The position numbers were made by a program, and so were the translations under genes. From Amoebophrya sp. A120 (lineage: Eukaryota; Protista; Dinoflagellata): 64,000 nucleotides of DNA. The number at the start of each line of letters is the position of its first letter. Within the stretch, counting starts at the first letter, position 1. Of the stretch, positions 60,406 to 64,000 are shown piece after piece. The notes beneath the pieces were generated by a model that saw nothing but the letters and a program-made list of their open reading frames with translations, was not told where the DNA came from and searched no databases. The DNA lies in the NCBI GenBank assembly GCA_905178155.1, contig CAJINV010000002.1, positions 2,446,369 to 2,510,368 on the forward strand, given 5' to 3'.

Positions 60406-62645
60406 TCATACAGCGGTGCTCGTCCCGGGCTTGCCTCCCGCAGTGTTCAGGATTTGTTGAGACGTATGCATTTTGCAAAAGCATCGTTGTACTAGTGACA
60501 ACATGACAATTTTTTTCTGAAGCAAAATAAATGCCATAATTCATAAAAATGCTAGATCGCCGATAGCAGTAGACAAGGAGCTCCTGCGTCACGCATGCTT
60601 GATTTTTGTACGAGAGTACGACACTTTTGCACCGGATACGACGCCTGGACTTGCATTTTCAGCTCCTGCGACACATTCGGGTTGTTCAGTTCTTCCTTGT
60701 TGAACGACTCTATGCACGGAAAAAGCATCATACAGGTAGTTGGAACCGCATTTATACACAACTTCTTTCGTCCATAATATTCAACAAGAAAGTGGTACAA
60801 CTTGTGACCCACTCTAAAAAGGGCGGGTCGTCGGGCCATTAGAAAAAAATGAGTCCGCCTCTGCCAATGGCTCGGTACTCCTAGTTGTAGAACTTCAACA
60901 GCAGGGGAGATGATGAAATTGGATTAACCATCTACTTCCTGATTCAGTTCGGAAAGTGAATGAGTCTCTATCAACATCTGTCCTGCACAAGATATTACCA
61001 CTGCAAAAATGTGTCCAACTAGCGGAGATGAAAACTTTTGCGCCGGATATCGCGGGGCCCCGCGCCGCCGTGCCTCGCCCGCGCTTCTTCCACTTTGAGC
61101 TCGAGAAGCGACTCATCAGCGTCGGCTCCATCTTGTTCGCCTTGCTTCTTCCCCCCCAAAGAACCGGGGTTTTGTGCAATGTATTTCGCGACTCTTCTCG
61201 CGTCGTCATCCGTGAGTTGCTTTGCGTCCACCTCGTTGTCTGGGTCCCCAAACTATCAACTGCAAATATGTCTGGGTCTGGAAGAGTGTAAACTTGTCAC
61301 GCAGGTTTTCCATGACCCATGAGGTTGAGCTCTGGAATGCGGGACCTAGCATGACAGACTCTGTGAGGTCTCTGTCATGCTTATGAGGAAGTCGCTCCCA
61401 ACTTGGTCGAAAGTGGACAGCTTTTGGCACTGATGCAACAGCAACACAGATTTTTGCTATAGCATGACAAGTTGCAATCTTCCAGACTCAGACATGGTTG
61501 CAATCCATAGAAACATCGCCTCGATGACTGCATCCGTCGTCCACGCGATCCCCGCTGAAGCCATCTGCTGCGCTGCCGCCTGGACAGTCGGATTTGTCGC
61601 AAGTTTGCCAAGCCACTGGATGGCGGTATCGCCCATGTTGCGCATGCGCTGCCCCTCCTTGTTCTGCTCCCCGACGCGAACTTTGTGCTGCCCCACCCCG
61701 ACATCCAAAAACGAGGGCTCCTTTTGCGCCGCCGGCCTGCTCGCCTCCTTCCCCTGCTGCTCGGGGGCCGGATTGGGTTTTATCCTGTGTGAATAAAACG
61801 AGGCCCAGCAAACCCCGTCAAAATGTTGGCAGATTTGCGTACACAAGCCAAGTAGTTTCGGCTGATCATGCGCATGACATCACCTTTATTGCCTCTCTAC
61901 CTCTAGTGCACCTGCAGCTGCACCACACTCGTGGTTATCATAGCATTCGAAAAATGTTTCTCATGGAGCTGCTGGCACGAGACACAATTTGCATATACGA
62001 ATGCATATCCAGATTGGTATGACAAAAATGGGATGATGTTGGCAACGTTCGTTTGACAAAGGATAGCAGCTCCGTCGCTTCCTTGGTCCGCGTTCTTTCC
62101 CTCCGTCTGCCCGTCGGACGGTAGTTTCAACGCACCCACTTCGGGCACGGCGCGGGGCAGCTCTCCGCCCGGTAGTTCCGTCCCGGTTTGTTCGGTCGGA
62201 GTTGTGCTGTCCCGGCGCGCCAGAAATTTTCCCCCGCGCCCCGGCTTCTTCAGACTCCAGAAAGGCGAAGTATGGGTTGCAAATATTGCCTGCTGTTGTA
62301 CTGGGTGCTGTAGAACGAGGGAATTGCAAAAAGCTAGAGACAGGAGGAGAAAACGAAAATCTGTTAAGCGTGATGCGACAGGCCACATTTTTGTCATGCC
62401 GCGGCAAAAACGGATTTTATAGCCATGCGATGACCGGAAGAGTGAGACGTCGTTACACCGGAAATAAACCTGTCATCCGCTGTAGCCCCGAAGAGGGGAA
62501 GCAATGACTAGAGCAGTGTCACTGTCATCCACTAACCCATTTTTCGCATCACAACTGTACTATTTCAGAAAGACACCGCCCAGCAGGCATATTCTATTTG
62601 CGGTGGGTATGAAGTGACCTTCACCAATTCGGCCAGCGGAGGGAA
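60406..62645 (-). CDS. Family member 4, close paralogue of 53411-58053; 5' (TM) exons not found in the window, 3' end uncertain
   Basis: After the AG acceptor at 62646: FPPLAELVKVTS|PFWSLKK...FLARRD...PRAVPEVG...PSFLDVGVGQHKVRVG...EAMF|GDPDN...SLLELKVEE..., collinear with member 3. Confidence 0.65.
60465..60638. mobile_element. Short degenerate introner, 174 bp
   Basis: TSD AGACG/CGACG; TIR core TGCAAAAG/CTTTTGCA. Confidence 0.6.
60711..61049. mobile_element. Possible old introner, 339 bp
   Basis: TAT...ATA ends with weak TIR and no TSD; removing element plus 5 nt gives PR|EFNKEEL, resembling the paralogue's PPRKELHGEE. Confidence 0.45.
61254..61509. mobile_element. Introner family A, 256 bp
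   Basis: TSD CAAAC/GAAAC; TIR present; frame restored. Confidence 0.88.
61781..62065. mobile_element. Degenerate family-B introner, 285 bp, TSD lost
   Basis: TIR TATCCTGTGTGAA/TTGACAAAGGATA; removing element plus 5 nt keeps frame. Confidence 0.65.
62271..62609. mobile_element. Degenerate A-like introner, 339 bp
   Basis: TSD CGAAG/TGAAG; TIR cores GCAAATA and TGCCTGCTG/CAGCAGGCA; frame restored. Confidence 0.7.
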
Positions 62646-62789
62646 CTGTTTTATTTTAATATCGGGTGCGGCTCATGTACACTTTATCATTATCTTTAAG
62701 AGGGCCTACTGCAAGGAATATTGTTTGGGAAAATATTTTTAAACCTCTACATCAAGATCCGAATCGCATGACTTTGCAATAGTATTATC

Positions 62790-63670
62790 TAGCATGGGCG
62801 GTCGCTCCGCGACCGCCGGAGAGGTATAGAGTAGACAAGGAGGCGATGGACCCGATTTCCTAGTAGGAAGGTTGCAGAAGTCGCGGGGAAGGGGAGGGGA
62901 GGGGGCGAAAACTCTACAGGCGCAGGGCTTTTCCGGGCGCCTGAGCCCCGCCCCTAGAGAAAGACAAATGCGTGACAGCCGCCCGCCCCGGGCCCCAGGA
63001 GCAGGGGAAGCTCCGGGAAACAGAAAAAACGCCCGGGGCCACCCCAACGTGGGAGGGGGCGAGCATTCCGGGACGTTGCCAACTTGCGAGCACCCCCTCC
63101 AAGTTGCGAGCCTTACGGACGGCTACTCGTCTTGTAGTTACGCCCCCAAGGTGGTGGGGCTGCATCTGACGGGGCCCACCGGGCCGCAGCTGCGAAAACT
63201 GCGCGACCAAGAACCTGGCCGGCCAGGCAGGTGCAGCCAACACAGTGGGGCTGGGCGCGGTGTGTGTGAGGGCCATTCGGGGCAACAAGAGCTGACGCGT
63301 TTTTCTTTGTGCAGGGCGGCGGGAGCATCCACACGAAGAGGGGGCCACCCCCGCGAGGCGAAACGTGGCGACCCAAACAAAGCGCAAATCCATCCCCAGC
63401 CCCCTGGCGGGGCCGGAGCTAGTTCGCCTGAACCTGCGGGCGCACCAGCGCGTAGCGCGCCACCCTCAGTCAGGCAATTAAGCCCTTTCCCTCCCACGGC
63501 TGCGCCCCCTTTTCCCAGGAACGAGCGCCACGTCCCGCGCTACCACACAGACACGGGTTGCTCGGCGCTAGTTTCTCCACAGGGGGCGAGGGAAGCCAGC
63601 AGCGCTGGCGAGCTCTGTGGCGCAAGCTCGGGGCGAGCCGACCCGCGCGCGGGGCAATGGGGGCGATTTT
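62790..63670. other. GC-rich non-genic segment, probable mobile-element-derived insertion
   Basis: Abrupt compositional shift like the 6.2-8.7 kb island; ORFs are P/G/R-rich with no recognisable domain. Confidence 0.4.
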
Positions 63671-63700
63671 GTACTAGAAGCTTTCTCCTAGTAAACTCTC

Positions 63701-63813
63701 TACTAGTACGCTTACTAGTAGTTTTTTTCCTTCCGTGTCACGATAAGATTACTAGTAACGCAGCTTACTAGTAAAGTTTTCGAATTTTCCTTACTAGTAA
63801 GATTCTACTAGTA
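63701..63813. repeat. Cluster of six TACTAGTA palindromes
   Basis: Copies start at 63701, 63713, 63750, 63766, 63792 and 63806. Confidence 0.85.
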
Positions 63814-63909
63814 GAAATCGGGTTAGGCGTCAATCGATTTTCTTGCCGTATAGTATATCAAGTTAATCCATGGTCAGGCACGATTTTTGACGAATTGAGC
63901 AACGCAAAT

Positions 63910-64000
63910 CCGAGAATTGAAAACCGAGAGCCGAGAATTGAAAACCGAGAACCGAGAATTGAAAACCGAGAACCGAGAATTGAAAACCGAGAGCCGAGAA
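63910..64000 (+). repeat. 21-bp tandem repeat CCGAGAATTGAAAACCGAGA(G/A), at least 4.3 copies, running off the window
   Basis: Read directly; each unit is built from three 7-mers. Confidence 0.95.

Noticed and set aside
62271-62397. Apparent signal peptide MTKMWP...FLLLSLAFC of ORF 61903-62397
   Set aside because: It lies inside introner 62271-62609; the paralogue-supported exon is 62645-62610.
63701-64000. CRISPR-like or telomeric array
   Set aside because: No unique spacers or cas genes, eukaryotic context, and the unit is not a TTTAGGG-type telomere repeat.

Overview
Eukaryotic, gene-dense protist DNA. Its architecture closely matches what is described for the parasitic dinoflagellate Amoebophrya (Syndiniales); this is inferred from architecture, not a database hit. 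All recognisable genes are on the minus strand: a DxD-type glycosyltransferase (978-5430), a 300-aa hypothetical protein (9151-11021), a ~2013-aa ABCC/MRP transporter (12280-20111), a GDT1/TMEM165 transporter (21182-23987), a >2000-aa low-complexity protein (27876->35036), and a tandem family of type-II membrane proteins with a TM-AG(A/V)SQS motif (36.6-62.6 kb). The dominant feature is about 37 MITE-like introner elements of 150-375 bp. They belong to at least 6 terminal-inverted-repeat (TIR) families, typically run TAT...ATA, and are flanked by 5-bp target-site duplications (TSDs). All lie inside genes, in both orientations, mostly without GT-AG ends. In every case checked, removing the element plus one TSD copy restores the reading frame. 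Introners of all families and the short GT-AG introns share a (T)GCAT(G/C)ACA motif, which is strand-biased in canonical introns but bidirectional in introners. Intergenic regions hold a GC-rich duplicated island (6.2-8.7 kb), a truncated LINE endonuclease fragment between direct repeats (26.1-27.3 kb), and a GC-rich segment, palindrome cluster and 21-bp satellite at the right end.
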